NCBI GenBank assembly: GCA_016214025.1
Contig: JACRPH010000003.1
Location: 1,814 to 65,813 of the forward strand
Reading direction: 5' to 3'
DNA: 64,000 bases
DNA from: Candidatus Woesearchaeota archaeon
Lineage (GTDB): Archaea > Nanobdellota > Nanobdellia > Woesearchaeales > GW2011-AR9
Position 1 is the first letter of the stretch. Every line of letters begins with the position of its first letter. Shown here in pieces: positions 1 to 9,377 of this stretch. The translations under genes were made by a program, and so were the position numbers. The notes beneath the pieces are model-generated. The model saw only the letters and a program-made list of their open reading frames with translations, did not search any database and was not told the DNA's origin.

Positions 1-1
1 G

Positions 2-232
2 GAATTGGGAACTCAAAAAAGAGGGAAAGATGGATTTGTTAGAATGGACAACGACGAAGAGTTACTGAAACATTTAGAAACTCTCTTTAAAGAAGATAGA
101 GAATTCTTTTCTGGCATGAGAACGAAGAAACAATTAGGACGAATTATTGAAATTTCTAATAAAGAAGAAACTTACGAAAAAAAAGCTGAGAAATTCCTAC
201 AATTGATTAGAACGGAGAAAAATGATAGCTAA
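2..232 (+). CDS. C-terminal fragment of an unknown protein (5' end outside the window)
   Basis: Frame is open from the window edge to TAA 230-232. No motif recognised. An 11-nt overlap with ATG 222 of the methyltransferase suggests one operon (possible R-M partner, unproven). Confidence 0.3.
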   Translation, partial: ELGTQKRGKDGFVRMDNDEELLKHLETLFKEDREFFSGMRTKKQLGRIIEISNKEETYEKKAEKFLQLIRTEKNDS

Positions 233-1139
233 AAAAAACGGAACAAAAACCAGTAGCTTTGGAAATAATGGTCGCTATAATCATGATTCTTCTGAGTTTT
301 ATAATAAAAAGATGTACTCTAATGGGAATGGTGAGAAGAGAGTAGAATATGTTGAAAATGAGATAAGCGAAAAATATCTTAATCAAATATTTTGTAAAAC
401 AAGCGAGAATATGAACGAGTTGCCAGATAACAGTGTTCATTTAATGGTAACTTCACCCCCATACAATGTTGGAAAAGAATACGACGAAGATTTATCTCTT
501 AAAGAGTATATCAGATTATTGGAGAACGTCTTTAAAGAGACCCACCGAGTTTTAGTCCCAGGCGGAAGAGTTGCTATAAATATTGCTAATGTCGGACGTA
601 AGCCATATATTCCTCTTCACTCAGAGATTATCAAAGTTATGGATAAATTAGGTTTCCTCATGAGGGGAGAAATTATTTGGGATAAAGGCTCAAGCGCGGG
701 TGGTTCTTGTGCTTGGGGAAGTTGGAAATCAGCAGCAAATCCTACGTTAAGGGATTCTCATGAATATATTTTGATATTCTCTAAAGAATTATATAGTCGA
801 AACAAACTATCCTTTAAGGAAGACACTATTACTCGAGATGATTTTTTAGAATTGACCAAAAGTATCTGGAAATTTAATACCGAATCAGCAAAAAAAGTAA
901 AACACCCAGCACCATTCCCTGTTGAATTGCCGAGAAGAGCTATTGAACTTTATACGTTTAAAGGTGATGTTGTCCTAGACCCATTTGTGGGAAGTGGAAG
1001 CACAGCAATAGCGGCACTTCAAACCGGGCGACATTTTGTAGGGTATGATGTTTCTCAGGAATATGTAGATATTGCTAATAAAAGAATAAGTAAAGAAGCA
1101 GGACAGAAAAAGTTAGCTTATAGTAAATTGCAAAAATAA
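222..1139 (+). CDS. DNA amino-methyltransferase, beta class (N4-cytosine or N6-adenine)
   Basis: Motif IV 'MVTSPPYNVGKEY' precedes motif I 'LDPFVGSGSTAIAA', which is the beta-class order. 'KHPAPFPVELP' is also present. SPPY is typical of the PF01555-like N4/N6 MTases. Confidence 0.85.
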   Translation: MIAKKNGTKTSSFGNNGRYNHDSSEFYNKKMYSNGNGEKRVEYVENEISEKYLNQIFCKTSENMNELPDNSVHLMVTSPPYNVGKEYDEDLSLKEYIRLLENVFKETHRVLVPGGRVAINIANVGRKPYIPLHSEIIKVMDKLGFLMRGEIIWDKGSSAGGSCAWGSWKSAANPTLRDSHEYILIFSKELYSRNKLSFKEDTITRDDFLELTKSIWKFNTESAKKVKHPAPFPVELPRRAIELYTFKGDVVLDPFVGSGSTAIAALQTGRHFVGYDVSQEYVDIANKRISKEAGQKKLAYSKLQK

Positions 1140-1169
1140 TGGAACATTATGCCATGCAATTTACTATAC

Positions 1170-1210
1170 TAGCAAATCTCGACAAGTTCCATAATTAACG
1201 AGATTTGCTA
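1170..1210. terminator. 12-bp perfect inverted repeat between convergent genes (hairpin, possible bidirectional terminator)
   Basis: 'tagcaaatctcg' (1170-1181) and 'cgagatttgcta' (1199-1210) with a 17-nt loop, lying between the MTase stop and the M24 peptidase stop. Confidence 0.4.
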
Positions 1211-1215
1211 TTAGT

Positions 1216-2298
1216 TTATAATGTAATCAATTCTTTAGGGCTTTTCGTCAGCACCTTAACCTTCCCATCAAACCAAACCGTATCTTCAATCCGCAAGCCG
1301 CATTTCTTAGGAAAATAAATCCCCGGCTCTATGGTAAACACCTGCCCGTTTTTTATTTTCTCCTTTGCTTCCAGAGAAAAAGACGGCGTTTCATGTACAT
1401 CTATTCCTACTCCGTGACCTAGAAGATGAATAAAATGTGAAGAATATTTTCCCAATCCCCGCTTTACTGATTGCTGCAGTTCCCAGAATGTTTTTCCAGC
1501 ATTAATTTGAGCAATAGCACTCTGCTGGGCTTTCAGCAATAATTCGTACAGTTCCCGTTCAGCTTTACTTGGTGTTCCTAGAAATAAAGTGCGTGAGCAG
1601 TCCGCGTTATAATTTTGATAACTGGCGCCGAAATCCAATAATAAAAATCCGCGTTTTAATTTCCCTTTAGATGTATGGTAATGAGGGATAGCCGCGTTTT
1701 TTCCCATAGCTGCTATAGTGGGAAAAGCAGTAGTGCACTTATGCTTTCGGAAATATTCTTCCAGAAAATGAGCTACATCTTGCTCGGTTTTGAATTTCTG
1801 TTTCTTCCAGCAATTAACTAATTCATTAAATGCATCATCAGTTACTTTACAGGCATACCCAACCTTCTTAACTTCTTCTTCCGTCTTCTGCGCTCTCAAC
1901 TGTTTTAATTCACCCGAAACATCCACTAGTTTTGCTTTAGGAAAGAGCTTATGCAGCTTCTCCCAGAAGCCCACTGAAACCACATCTTTATTGATTCCCA
2001 CTTTTTTTACTTTGGGGTTAGCCAGCTTCTTTTCCCAGCCTTTCTTAAGCACTTTAACTGAGATGCCTTTAAGCTTTGGAACATCATCCAACCCCGAAAG
2101 ATAAAAAGAAGCTGTAGTAGGAGTTATCGCCAGCAGTGCAAACGACGGCTTTAATTGAGTGAAATAAGTGATATTAATATCGGGATGGATAAATACGGTT
2201 AAGTCAATCTTCTCTTGTTTCAGATATTGCTGGAATTCTTTCAGTCGCATTAGTTTAAGGTAGTTTTTATTAATTATATAAGGTTTTGGATGATTCAT
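1216..2298 (-). CDS. M24 family Xaa-Pro peptidase (prolidase / aminopeptidase P-like)
   Basis: Metal-ligand motifs 'HLLGHGVGIDVHETP', 'FTIEPGIYF' and 'GLRIEDTV' in the C-terminal pita-bread domain. Confidence 0.85.
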   Translation of the reverse strand: MNHPKPYIINKNYLKLMRLKEFQQYLKQEKIDLTVFIHPDINITYFTQLKPSFALLAITPTTASFYLSGLDDVPKLKGISVKVLKKGWEKKLANPKVKKVGINKDVVSVGFWEKLHKLFPKAKLVDVSGELKQLRAQKTEEEVKKVGYACKVTDDAFNELVNCWKKQKFKTEQDVAHFLEEYFRKHKCTTAFPTIAAMGKNAAIPHYHTSKGKLKRGFLLLDFGASYQNYNADCSRTLFLGTPSKAERELYELLLKAQQSAIAQINAGKTFWELQQSVKRGLGKYSSHFIHLLGHGVGIDVHETPSFSLEAKEKIKNGQVFTIEPGIYFPKKCGLRIEDTVWFDGKVKVLTKSPKELITL

Positions 2299-3460
2299 GG
2301 AAGTTTACGAGCCTCAGGAAGATTCTTTTCTGCTGGAGAAGCAGGTAAAAAAGTACGCTTTAGGCAGAGTTCTAGATTTAGGCACTGGCTTAGGAATACA
2401 AGCTTTAGCTGCAGCCGGGAACAAATCAGTTCGGGAAGTAATTGCAGTTGATATAAATTCAGATGCCGTAAATCGCTTTCAAGAAGAGATTGGTCAAAAA
2501 AAGTTAAAGAAGATTAAGGTAATAGTAAGTGATTTATTTTCTAACGTCAAAGGAAAGTTTGATATAATTATCTTTAATCCTCCCTACCTCCCTCAAGATA
2601 AAGGAATTGAAGATGCTGCATTGTATGGCGGAAAGAAAGGCTGGGAAATCTCTGCACGTTTTTTTCGCCAAACGGCTAATTTTCTTGCACTGAAAGGTAA
2701 AATATTGTTTTTGTTCTCTTCGTTAACCTTTAAAACTAAAATCGATGAGATGATACATCAGCATCTTCTAGAAGCGCAGGAATTAGTCAAAGAACGATTG
2801 CCTTTCTTCGAAGAATTGTATGTTTACTTAATTCAGAAAAGCGAGTTATTGTTGGAACTGGAAAGGAAAGGAGTTAGTGACGTACATTTTTTAGCCGCAG
2901 GGCATCGAGGGGCAGTGTATTCCGGAATTTTCACTTCTCCACTACCAGTGAAAGTAGCTATTAAAGTAGAACACAGCAATAGTAAAGCACCCAACCGTAT
3001 TGAAAATGAAGCCAAGTGGCTGAAGATTCTGAATAAAAAAGGCATTGGGCCACAGTTATATTTCTTCCGGAAAAATTATGCAGTAATGGAACTCATTTCA
3101 GGAAAAAGAATCATGGATTGGATAAAAAAACATTCCAAAGAAGAAATAATCCCCGTTCTTGAAAAAATATTGACCCAAGGATTAACAATGGATCAACTAC
3201 GCGTAAGCAAGCAGGAGATGCATCATCCGCATAAGCATATTATAGTAAATAGTAAGAATGAACCAATCATGATAGATTTTGAGCGCTGCAAAGAAACCTT
3301 AGCTCCGACTAACGTAACTCAATTAGTGGAATGGCTGTGCCGAAGCAAAGAAGAATTGGAGCAGAAAGGGATTAAAGTGGAGGTTGAGCGGCTTAGAACG
3401 GCGGCGGCGGATTATAAGAAAACGAAGAACCTCAATCCTATCTTAGCATTGCTCCATTAG
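2297..3460 (+). CDS. Fusion of a HemK/PrmC/Mtq2-type methyltransferase with a Bud32/RIO-like protein-kinase-fold domain
   Basis: N-terminal half has 'VLDLGTGLGIQALAAA' (SAM motif I) and 'IIIFNPPYLP' (NPPY). C-terminal half has 'GHRGAVYSG', 'VAIKVE', 'AVMELISG' and 'IMIDFERC', with an atypical catalytic loop 'HHPHKH'. Confidence 0.6.
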   Translation: MEVYEPQEDSFLLEKQVKKYALGRVLDLGTGLGIQALAAAGNKSVREVIAVDINSDAVNRFQEEIGQKKLKKIKVIVSDLFSNVKGKFDIIIFNPPYLPQDKGIEDAALYGGKKGWEISARFFRQTANFLALKGKILFLFSSLTFKTKIDEMIHQHLLEAQELVKERLPFFEELYVYLIQKSELLLELERKGVSDVHFLAAGHRGAVYSGIFTSPLPVKVAIKVEHSNSKAPNRIENEAKWLKILNKKGIGPQLYFFRKNYAVMELISGKRIMDWIKKHSKEEIIPVLEKILTQGLTMDQLRVSKQEMHHPHKHIIVNSKNEPIMIDFERCKETLAPTNVTQLVEWLCRSKEELEQKGIKVEVERLRTAAADYKKTKNLNPILALLH

Positions 3461-4107
3461 TAAAACTCTGTTTCTCCTTTAAGATATATCCCCTGTTTCA
3501 ATTCTACCGGTCTCCACGTATCCTGAACCAGCTCTGCTCCTAACCAGGCAGCCAGCTCTTCGGGGTTGCCAATAGTAGCGCTTAAGCCAATTAGTTGGGG
3601 CTGAAGCAGGGATTTCAGTAAAGTTAAGATTATTTCTAAAGTAGGGCCCCGGTTGGGATCGTTCAATAGGTGTATTTCATCTATTATGACTAGTTTTACT
3701 TCAGAAAGCCAGCCTACCCTATGGCGTAGCAAAGAATCCAACTTTTCATAGGTTAAGATTAAAAGGTTGTATTTGGCCAGATAATTAGATTCAGAATCCA
3801 AATCGCCGGTGGAAAGGACGGCTTTGTAATTGGTAGGCTCTAGCAGTTTTTGGTATTCTTTGAACTTTTCGTTAGCCAACGCTTTAAGCGGAGAAAGATA
3901 AAGTGCTTTATGGCCTTGCTGGAGGTGGTTGACTATAGCCATAGTAGCTACTAACGTCTTACCTGAAGCGGTGGGGGCGCACACTAGCAGCGAGGTGTCT
4001 GTTAACAATCCTGCTTCAACTGACTTCTTTTGTACGGGGGTTAGGGAAGTGTATTGGGAATAGAATTGATGGAAGAAAGCAGGTAAAGGGAGAGGGGGAA
4101 GGGGCAT
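3457..4107 (-). CDS. Truncated Hel308/Ski2-like helicase (RecA1 domain only; possible pseudogene or split gene)
   Basis: Walker A 'CAPTASGKT', 'DEIH' box and 'GLSAT' motif III are present, then a stop after 216 aa. RecA2, WH and ratchet domains are absent. The end overlaps the convergent gene by 4 nt. Confidence 0.6.
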   Translation of the reverse strand: MPLPPLPLPAFFHQFYSQYTSLTPVQKKSVEAGLLTDTSLLVCAPTASGKTLVATMAIVNHLQQGHKALYLSPLKALANEKFKEYQKLLEPTNYKAVLSTGDLDSESNYLAKYNLLILTYEKLDSLLRHRVGWLSEVKLVIIDEIHLLNDPNRGPTLEIILTLLKSLLQPQLIGLSATIGNPEELAAWLGAELVQDTWRPVELKQGIYLKGETEFY

Positions 4108-4289
4108 GAAAAGGTTGAGTAGGACACTCTTTAATAAAAGTTTGGTTTTGTTTTTAGTTAATCAAATAAACTATTTTGGTAAAGCCCGTTAATTAAAAAC
4201 AAGAGTGTGTTTTATATTAACATCTCGGTAATTTTTTGGGTCTAATGTTAAATAAAAACATTTATATAGTGGTGCCATTTTGTTAAAGT

Positions 4290-4646
4290 ATGGAAGAATT
4301 AATCAATACTTTTGTAGAAGAATACGAAGGGGCCCGGGAACAGTTTGAAAAAGGCAAGTACAAGAATACACTTATTTTGCTTTCTAAAGCTTTATTTGCT
4401 TGGTGTGACGTGCTGTTGTATACCCGATTAAGTAAGCTGCCTGCAAACCATTCTGAACGCTTTAGGATGCTTGAATCTTACTTCCCCGAGGTTTATGTGA
4501 TAGTAGACGAGTTGTTTTCCAGCTACACTGATGCTTATTCTAAGCCGGTGGTGAGTGAAAGTTGTGAGGCATTACAAGATGGAATTCGAAAAATTACCCG
4601 AGTTGCTGAAGTGCCAAAGCGCATTAAAGAACTTGTTGAAAGATAA
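4290..4646 (+). CDS. Small helical protein, HEPN-like partner of the downstream nucleotidyltransferase (tentative)
   Basis: 118 aa, predicted helical, overlapping a minimal nucleotidyltransferase gene. The arrangement resembles HEPN-MNT pairs. No clean Rx4-6H motif was found. Confidence 0.35.
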   Translation: MEELINTFVEEYEGAREQFEKGKYKNTLILLSKALFAWCDVLLYTRLSKLPANHSERFRMLESYFPEVYVIVDELFSSYTDAYSKPVVSESCEALQDGIRKITRVAEVPKRIKELVER

Positions 4647-5130
4647 TATTGTTGACTTTATCCTATTTGGCTCTGTAGTTAAGAGCGGAAGGCCTAGAGA
4701 TATAGATATAGCAATGATAGTGAATGGAGATGCTGGCGCGGGGATTAAAAAAGAAATCCAGGAAGTATTGAATAAACCGGTTGATGTGCAGTTTTTAGAT
4801 GTGAAATCGATTTATTCTTCATTGTGGCTTACTTTAATTAAAGAGGGCTATAGCGTGGCTAAAGAAAAATATTTGTTTGAATTGTATCATATTGCTCCCC
4901 ACGTATTATATAAGTATTCGTTGGCTGAACTAAGTGCGGTGCAGAAGGTGCAATTTGAACGGGGGATTAAGAAAGTGTTAAATAGAGAAGGCAAGGTTAT
5001 TGCCCGGTCAGTTGTTCTAGTGCCCATTCCACTTAAGAATCGTATGCGCGAGTTTCTTAAACAGTGGAAAGTTTATTACGAATGCCAAGAGTACGAGTTG
5101 TTGCCAACCTTGAGGAAAGAAGAGGTGTAG
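4555..5130 (+). CDS. Minimal nucleotidyltransferase (MNT) domain protein
   Basis: 'ILFGSVVKSGRPRDIDIAMIV' is the GS...DxD NTase motif. ATG at 4579 is an alternative start. Confidence 0.6.
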   Translation: MKVVRHYKMEFEKLPELLKCQSALKNLLKDNIVDFILFGSVVKSGRPRDIDIAMIVNGDAGAGIKKEIQEVLNKPVDVQFLDVKSIYSSLWLTLIKEGYSVAKEKYLFELYHIAPHVLYKYSLAELSAVQKVQFERGIKKVLNREGKVIARSVVLVPIPLKNRMREFLKQWKVYYECQEYELLPTLRKEEV

Positions 5131-5278
5131 TGACTATAAAGCTAATGTCCTAAGGGGCGGCGGGGCAGTCACAGAGAGGATGAACGGGCCATGCACATAC
5201 TTTCGAACGGAAGTTTTATAAAGTTGTACTTAATATAGCTAATATATTAGGAAAAACATAATGTTACCGAGGAATTAG

Positions 5279-5845
5279 ATGGTCCATAAAGAAATAGCCA
5301 AATATGAGCCCGAGTTTGGAGATTTGGAAGTTGAAGTCGTGGCAAATAAGTGGTACTTCAAGAAAGAGATAAAACAAGATAAATGGTCGGTAAAAATACT
5401 ATTTTCAAAAAAAGAAGACAAAGCTTCCCTCTTTATCTCAGATGTTGAAGAATGCATAAGATCACTTAACCAACAGTTTGATTTAATTTGTGTTATTCCC
5501 GCGTCAGAGGTGGGAAGTTATTCTCCAACACTCATACCATTAGGAAATATGTGGAGTGAGAAATTTGGAATTCCTTTTGAAAATGTAATCTTAAGAATAG
5601 CCAGACCTATCAAGAAAATGACTGAATGCAAAACTGCAAAAGAAAGATGCCAAGTTCACCGAGGAACATTTGCGTTGAGTAGAAAGTTAAAGCCAAATGA
5701 AAAGATAATACTTTTATTGGATGATATCAAGGCAGAAGGAGACACCAAGCTTATTTGTGCAGAGCTTTTGATCAAAGACGGGGCAAAAATCATAAAAGTA
5801 ATTTGCCTAGGAATTAATACTATGGATGCTTTAAAAACTAATTGA
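5279..5845 (+). CDS. ComF-like phosphoribosyltransferase-fold protein
   Basis: PRPP-binding signature 'IILLLDDIKAEGDT'. Size and adjacency to dprA resemble ComF/ComFC. No N-terminal zinc finger. Confidence 0.55.
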   Translation: MVHKEIAKYEPEFGDLEVEVVANKWYFKKEIKQDKWSVKILFSKKEDKASLFISDVEECIRSLNQQFDLICVIPASEVGSYSPTLIPLGNMWSEKFGIPFENVILRIARPIKKMTECKTAKERCQVHRGTFALSRKLKPNEKIILLLDDIKAEGDTKLICAELLIKDGAKIIKVICLGINTMDALKTN

Positions 5846-5858
5846 TGGGGGGATAAAT

Positions 5859-6776
5859 ATGCTTCAAAAAAAAGAACTGGTAAAATGGATGAAACTAACT
5901 CAGGTTCCAAAACTGGGGCCCAGCAAAATAATGAAGCTATTCCGCCTAATTTCAGACCTAGATAAAATTTTTACCATGGCTGATAATGAGCTGCTCAGGA
6001 CCAGAGTATTTAATGAACCCATGCTTATTGATTTTCATAAATTAAAAGAGGCTTTAGAAGAAAATTTTATTAAAGCTATTTCCGAATGCGAAGAAAATAA
6101 TATTAAAATAATCCCCCTAATTGATAAACGATATCCGGATTTCTTAAAAAATATCCCCTATCCGCCGCTTACTCTTTTCCTAAAAGGAGATTTAAATTTA
6201 TTATATGTTAAAAAAGTTGCTATTGTGGGCAGTAGAAAAGCCGATGAACCCTCCCAAAAGTGGGCTTATAATATTGCCCAAGATTTTGTAAAAAAAGGCT
6301 ATGCCGTAGTGAGCGGCGGAGCAATAGGGATAGATTATTCGGCCCATAAGGGTGCATTAGATGCGAACGGCAAAACCATTTGTGTGTTGGGCTCCGGGTT
6401 CTTCAAGATGTTTCCTGAATGCCACTTAGCTCTATTTCAAGCTATAGCAGAGAAAGGTCTTCTAATCTCGGAACATCTCCCTAATTTTCCCGGTTCAGCT
6501 ATAGCTTTAGTTCAAAGAAATAGAATTACCTCAGGGATATCTGATGCTTTGATTATGGTTGCAAGCGGGGAGAAAGGCGGGGCGATGATTCAAACTAAAA
6601 TTGCGTTCGAGCAAAGGGTTCCTATTTTTTGCCCTGATCGTTCGTTAAATTTACGGCCTAATGTGGGGATACCTCAAGTTATTAATGAGTGGAAAGGCAT
6701 AGAAATAAAATCTTGTGAAGAGGTATTGAAAGTGATAACTTCTCCGGAATCGCAGATAAATTTGAGCCAATTTTAG
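5859..6776 (+). CDS. dprA: DNA processing protein DprA/Smf
   Basis: 'VAIVGSRKADEPSQKWAYNIAQDFVKKGYAVVSGGAIGIDYSAHKGAL' and 'ICVLGSGF' form the DprA Rossmann-like core. Confidence 0.85.
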   Translation: MLQKKELVKWMKLTQVPKLGPSKIMKLFRLISDLDKIFTMADNELLRTRVFNEPMLIDFHKLKEALEENFIKAISECEENNIKIIPLIDKRYPDFLKNIPYPPLTLFLKGDLNLLYVKKVAIVGSRKADEPSQKWAYNIAQDFVKKGYAVVSGGAIGIDYSAHKGALDANGKTICVLGSGFFKMFPECHLALFQAIAEKGLLISEHLPNFPGSAIALVQRNRITSGISDALIMVASGEKGGAMIQTKIAFEQRVPIFCPDRSLNLRPNVGIPQVINEWKGIEIKSCEEVLKVITSPESQINLSQF

Positions 6777-6797
6777 GGAACTATTAATGATACCGGA

Positions 6798-7448
6798 TTG
6801 TGCCGATTAATAGTCCCCAAAAATTGGAAGATGTTAACTCAAGAAAATGTTATAATTGAACCATTTATTCGAAAGCCATGGAAAGCGTTGACCTTCGGAG
6901 AAGTGAAAACGCGGTCTAACAATAAGTCGGATAATTATGTACACACTACTCTAAAAAAGTTGGTTAAAGAAGAAATACTTAAAGAACAAAAAATAGGGAA
7001 TAATATTGTTTACTCCATCAACCAAGCTATTTTCGCTTTAAATACAATCGGTTTTATTGCCGAATTCAAAGCACACCAAGCCAAACACCTGCCGCACAAA
7101 AACATTCAACAGATTATTGGCAAGATAAATAGACCATACTATACTTTTATTATTACGGGAAGCTATGCTAAAAATAAACAAAAAGAAACCTCTGGCGTGG
7201 ATATTGTGGTTATTTGCGATGATCAACAGTCGCCAAATGCTGTATTGTCGCAAATAAAGCTAGAATCAGAGTTAATGGTTCCTGAATTTCATCCCTACGT
7301 ATTTACTCAAGTACAATTTTACGAAATGCTCATCAATAAAGAAGAAAATTATGGCAAAGAGATTGCTAGAAATAATCTTATTATTGCTGGGGGCAGGGAA
7401 TATTATGCCATTTTGCTGGAGGCGGTAAAACATGGATTCAATGGTTAA
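6798..7448 (+). CDS. wHTH plus nucleotidyltransferase domain protein
   Basis: 'IITGSYAKNKQKETSGVDIVVICDD' NTase motif, preceded by a wHTH-like N-terminal region. ATG at 6831 is an alternative start. Confidence 0.55.
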   Translation: MCRLIVPKNWKMLTQENVIIEPFIRKPWKALTFGEVKTRSNNKSDNYVHTTLKKLVKEEILKEQKIGNNIVYSINQAIFALNTIGFIAEFKAHQAKHLPHKNIQQIIGKINRPYYTFIITGSYAKNKQKETSGVDIVVICDDQQSPNAVLSQIKLESELMVPEFHPYVFTQVQFYEMLINKEENYGKEIARNNLIIAGGREYYAILLEAVKHGFNG

Positions 7449-7580
7449 TATCTATTTACCAGATAATTCCTCAAGCGAATAAAGCTCCCGCAGAACTGTC
7501 AGTACAAAACGCATCATTTTTTCTGAAGAATATTAAACTGATTTTAGATAAGCCGAACTGAGCTTAAGTACTGTTGTGGG

Positions 7581-7632
7581 GGTCAAGAATACGAGTTGCT
7601 GCCGGTAATGAAAAGGAAGAGGTGTAAGAACC
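7581..7632 (+). repeat. Degenerate copy of the 3' end of the 4555..5130 nucleotidyltransferase gene
   Basis: 'caagaatacgagttgctgccggtaatgaaaaggaagaggtgta' versus 5086-5129 'caagagtacgagttgttgccaaccttgaggaaagaagaggtgta'. About 70 percent identity by hand alignment; both encode QEYELLP.... Confidence 0.4.
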
Positions 7633-7690
7633 CTACTTTTTTGTTGGAAAAACTCAAAATGGTCGTGCCAAAACTCGAAAAGCTTATATA

Positions 7691-7726
7691 TTACTTAAGG
7701 TTTACTTAAACTTACTTAAAGTTACT
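7691..7726 (+). repeat. 3.5 tandem copies of 'ttacttaa(r)' with 10-11 bp period, between a TATA-like box and the AlbA_2 gene start
   Basis: 'ttacttaagg t ttacttaaa c ttacttaaa g ttact', directly after 'agcttatata' (7681-7690). Confidence 0.6.
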
Positions 7727-7744
7727 ATCAAAGGTTAAAGTAAA

Positions 7745-9127
7745 ATGAAACAAGAAGAACTGTTAGCTCTTATCAAAAACGGAGAAACGCAGGAAGTTGA
7801 GTTGAAAGAAGGTTGTCCCAATGGGCATAAACTGACTGAAATAATCTGCGGTTTAGCTAACACTGACGGCGGATTTCTTATCCTTGGCGTATCAGAAAAA
7901 GGAGAGATAAAAGGATTACAGTGTAATCTTGACAAACTTCAGCAGGATATTGCTAATGCGCGTCAAAGCATTCATTCTTCCCCCCCTGTTTCTACCACAA
8001 TTCATATCATTGAGGATAAGAAAATTGCTCTAGTTGAAATCAATAAAGCCAATGACAAAAATGCTCACACCTATAATGGTGCTGTTTATGTGAGAATTGG
8101 AAGTACTACCCATAAGCTTGAAGGTCAGGAGCTTTTTGATTTTCTTAAAAATAAACAAATCTTATGCTTTGATGAGCAGGATTCAGAAGCAAAAATCGAA
8201 AATCTTGATGAGAATCGAATTAAACTTTATCTCATAAAAAGAGGTCAACCAGATTATTTAAAAGCAAACAATGTCCAAGAGTTCATCATTAGCAACATGT
8301 TTGGCAAGTTAAATGGGAAATTAAAGCTTAAAAACATTGCAGCTTTGTTTTTTGCTAAGGAACCTCATCGCTGGCATCCTCAAAGCGAAGTACGAATAGT
8401 TCGTTTCTCAGGAACAGAACCCATAAACATAGTTGTACAAAGAGATTTTCGTTCTGATCCCATGGAGAATATTGAGCAAACTATCGCGTTTATTAGAGAG
8501 AATATCTCTAAACGGTTTATAATTCCAGAGAATTCTCCAAGACGTATTGAAATTGAAGAATATCCTACATCTGTAATAAGAGAAGCAATTGTAAATGCCG
8601 TAGCCCATAGAGATTATTATAGTTATGATTCTATTCAGATAAATCTCTTTGAAGACAGAATAGAAATTTCTAATCCCGGGGGCTTGCCGCAAGGACTAAC
8701 TAAAGAGTTTTTTGGAAAGCGATCGGTAAGACGCAATCCATTAACATATCGTATCTTAAGAGAAGGTCATTATGTAGAGGGATTGGGTTTAGGTATTCCT
8801 CAAATGAGAAATGAAATGAGGAAAGCCGGACTTAGAGACCCAGAGTTTAATTTTGAAGGGGGATTTTTTGTCGTAACTCTTAGAAATGCCAAAGGCAGCA
8901 TCAAACCAGTGGAAGGGTTAAAAGATTTAAATTCTCGACAGCTTAACGCTTTAGATTATTTAAGACAAAATAAGACTATTAAGTCAAAAACGTATGCGAA
9001 TATCAATGAGGTTTCTTTGCCTATAGCACTTAAAGATATTAATGAACTCATCAAATTCAAATATATTCAGAAAGTTGGTTCGTATAGGGGGGCTTATTAT
9101 GTGTTGAGTGGGGGCGTTTTTAGATGA
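7745..9127 (+). CDS. AlbA_2 (Schlafen-like) plus HATPase_c_4 plus C-terminal wHTH protein
   Basis: N-terminus 'ELLALIKNGETQEVELKEG' is the AlbA_2 motif. The mid region 'IREAIVNAVAHRDY' and 'ISNPGGLP' is HATPase_c_4-like. The C-terminal wHTH is 'LNSRQLNALDYLRQNKTIKSKTYANI'. Confidence 0.8.
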   Translation: MKQEELLALIKNGETQEVELKEGCPNGHKLTEIICGLANTDGGFLILGVSEKGEIKGLQCNLDKLQQDIANARQSIHSSPPVSTTIHIIEDKKIALVEINKANDKNAHTYNGAVYVRIGSTTHKLEGQELFDFLKNKQILCFDEQDSEAKIENLDENRIKLYLIKRGQPDYLKANNVQEFIISNMFGKLNGKLKLKNIAALFFAKEPHRWHPQSEVRIVRFSGTEPINIVVQRDFRSDPMENIEQTIAFIRENISKRFIIPENSPRRIEIEEYPTSVIREAIVNAVAHRDYYSYDSIQINLFEDRIEISNPGGLPQGLTKEFFGKRSVRRNPLTYRILREGHYVEGLGLGIPQMRNEMRKAGLRDPEFNFEGGFFVVTLRNAKGSIKPVEGLKDLNSRQLNALDYLRQNKTIKSKTYANINEVSLPIALKDINELIKFKYIQKVGSYRGAYYVLSGGVFR

Positions 9128-9370
9128 GAATAATGCCCCACTTTCCAGTACTCTTCCGTTAAATGCAATCTATTTTGAAACTATTTTGGAGTGGTTAAGT
9201 GATGTGGGTTGACGTCTGCAGGTAGATTGCAGTTAACGTTACGGCGAACTAAGTTCTAGTTTTAGGTTTTGTTATTTAGGTATAGTGAACGGCTGAATGC
9301 CGCAAATTTTGGGGTTACAGCCGTTCTAGGGGAAAATGAACGCTGCATTTAGCAGGGGTTTGCGAAAGGC

Positions 9371-9377
9371 TTATAAA
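9371..9377 (+). promoter_or_regulatory. TATA-like box upstream of the S-layer gene, implying a ~130-nt leader
   Basis: 'ggcttataaacgg'. Strong SD-like 'aaggaggg' at 9514-9521, about 11 nt before ATG 9533. Confidence 0.4.
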
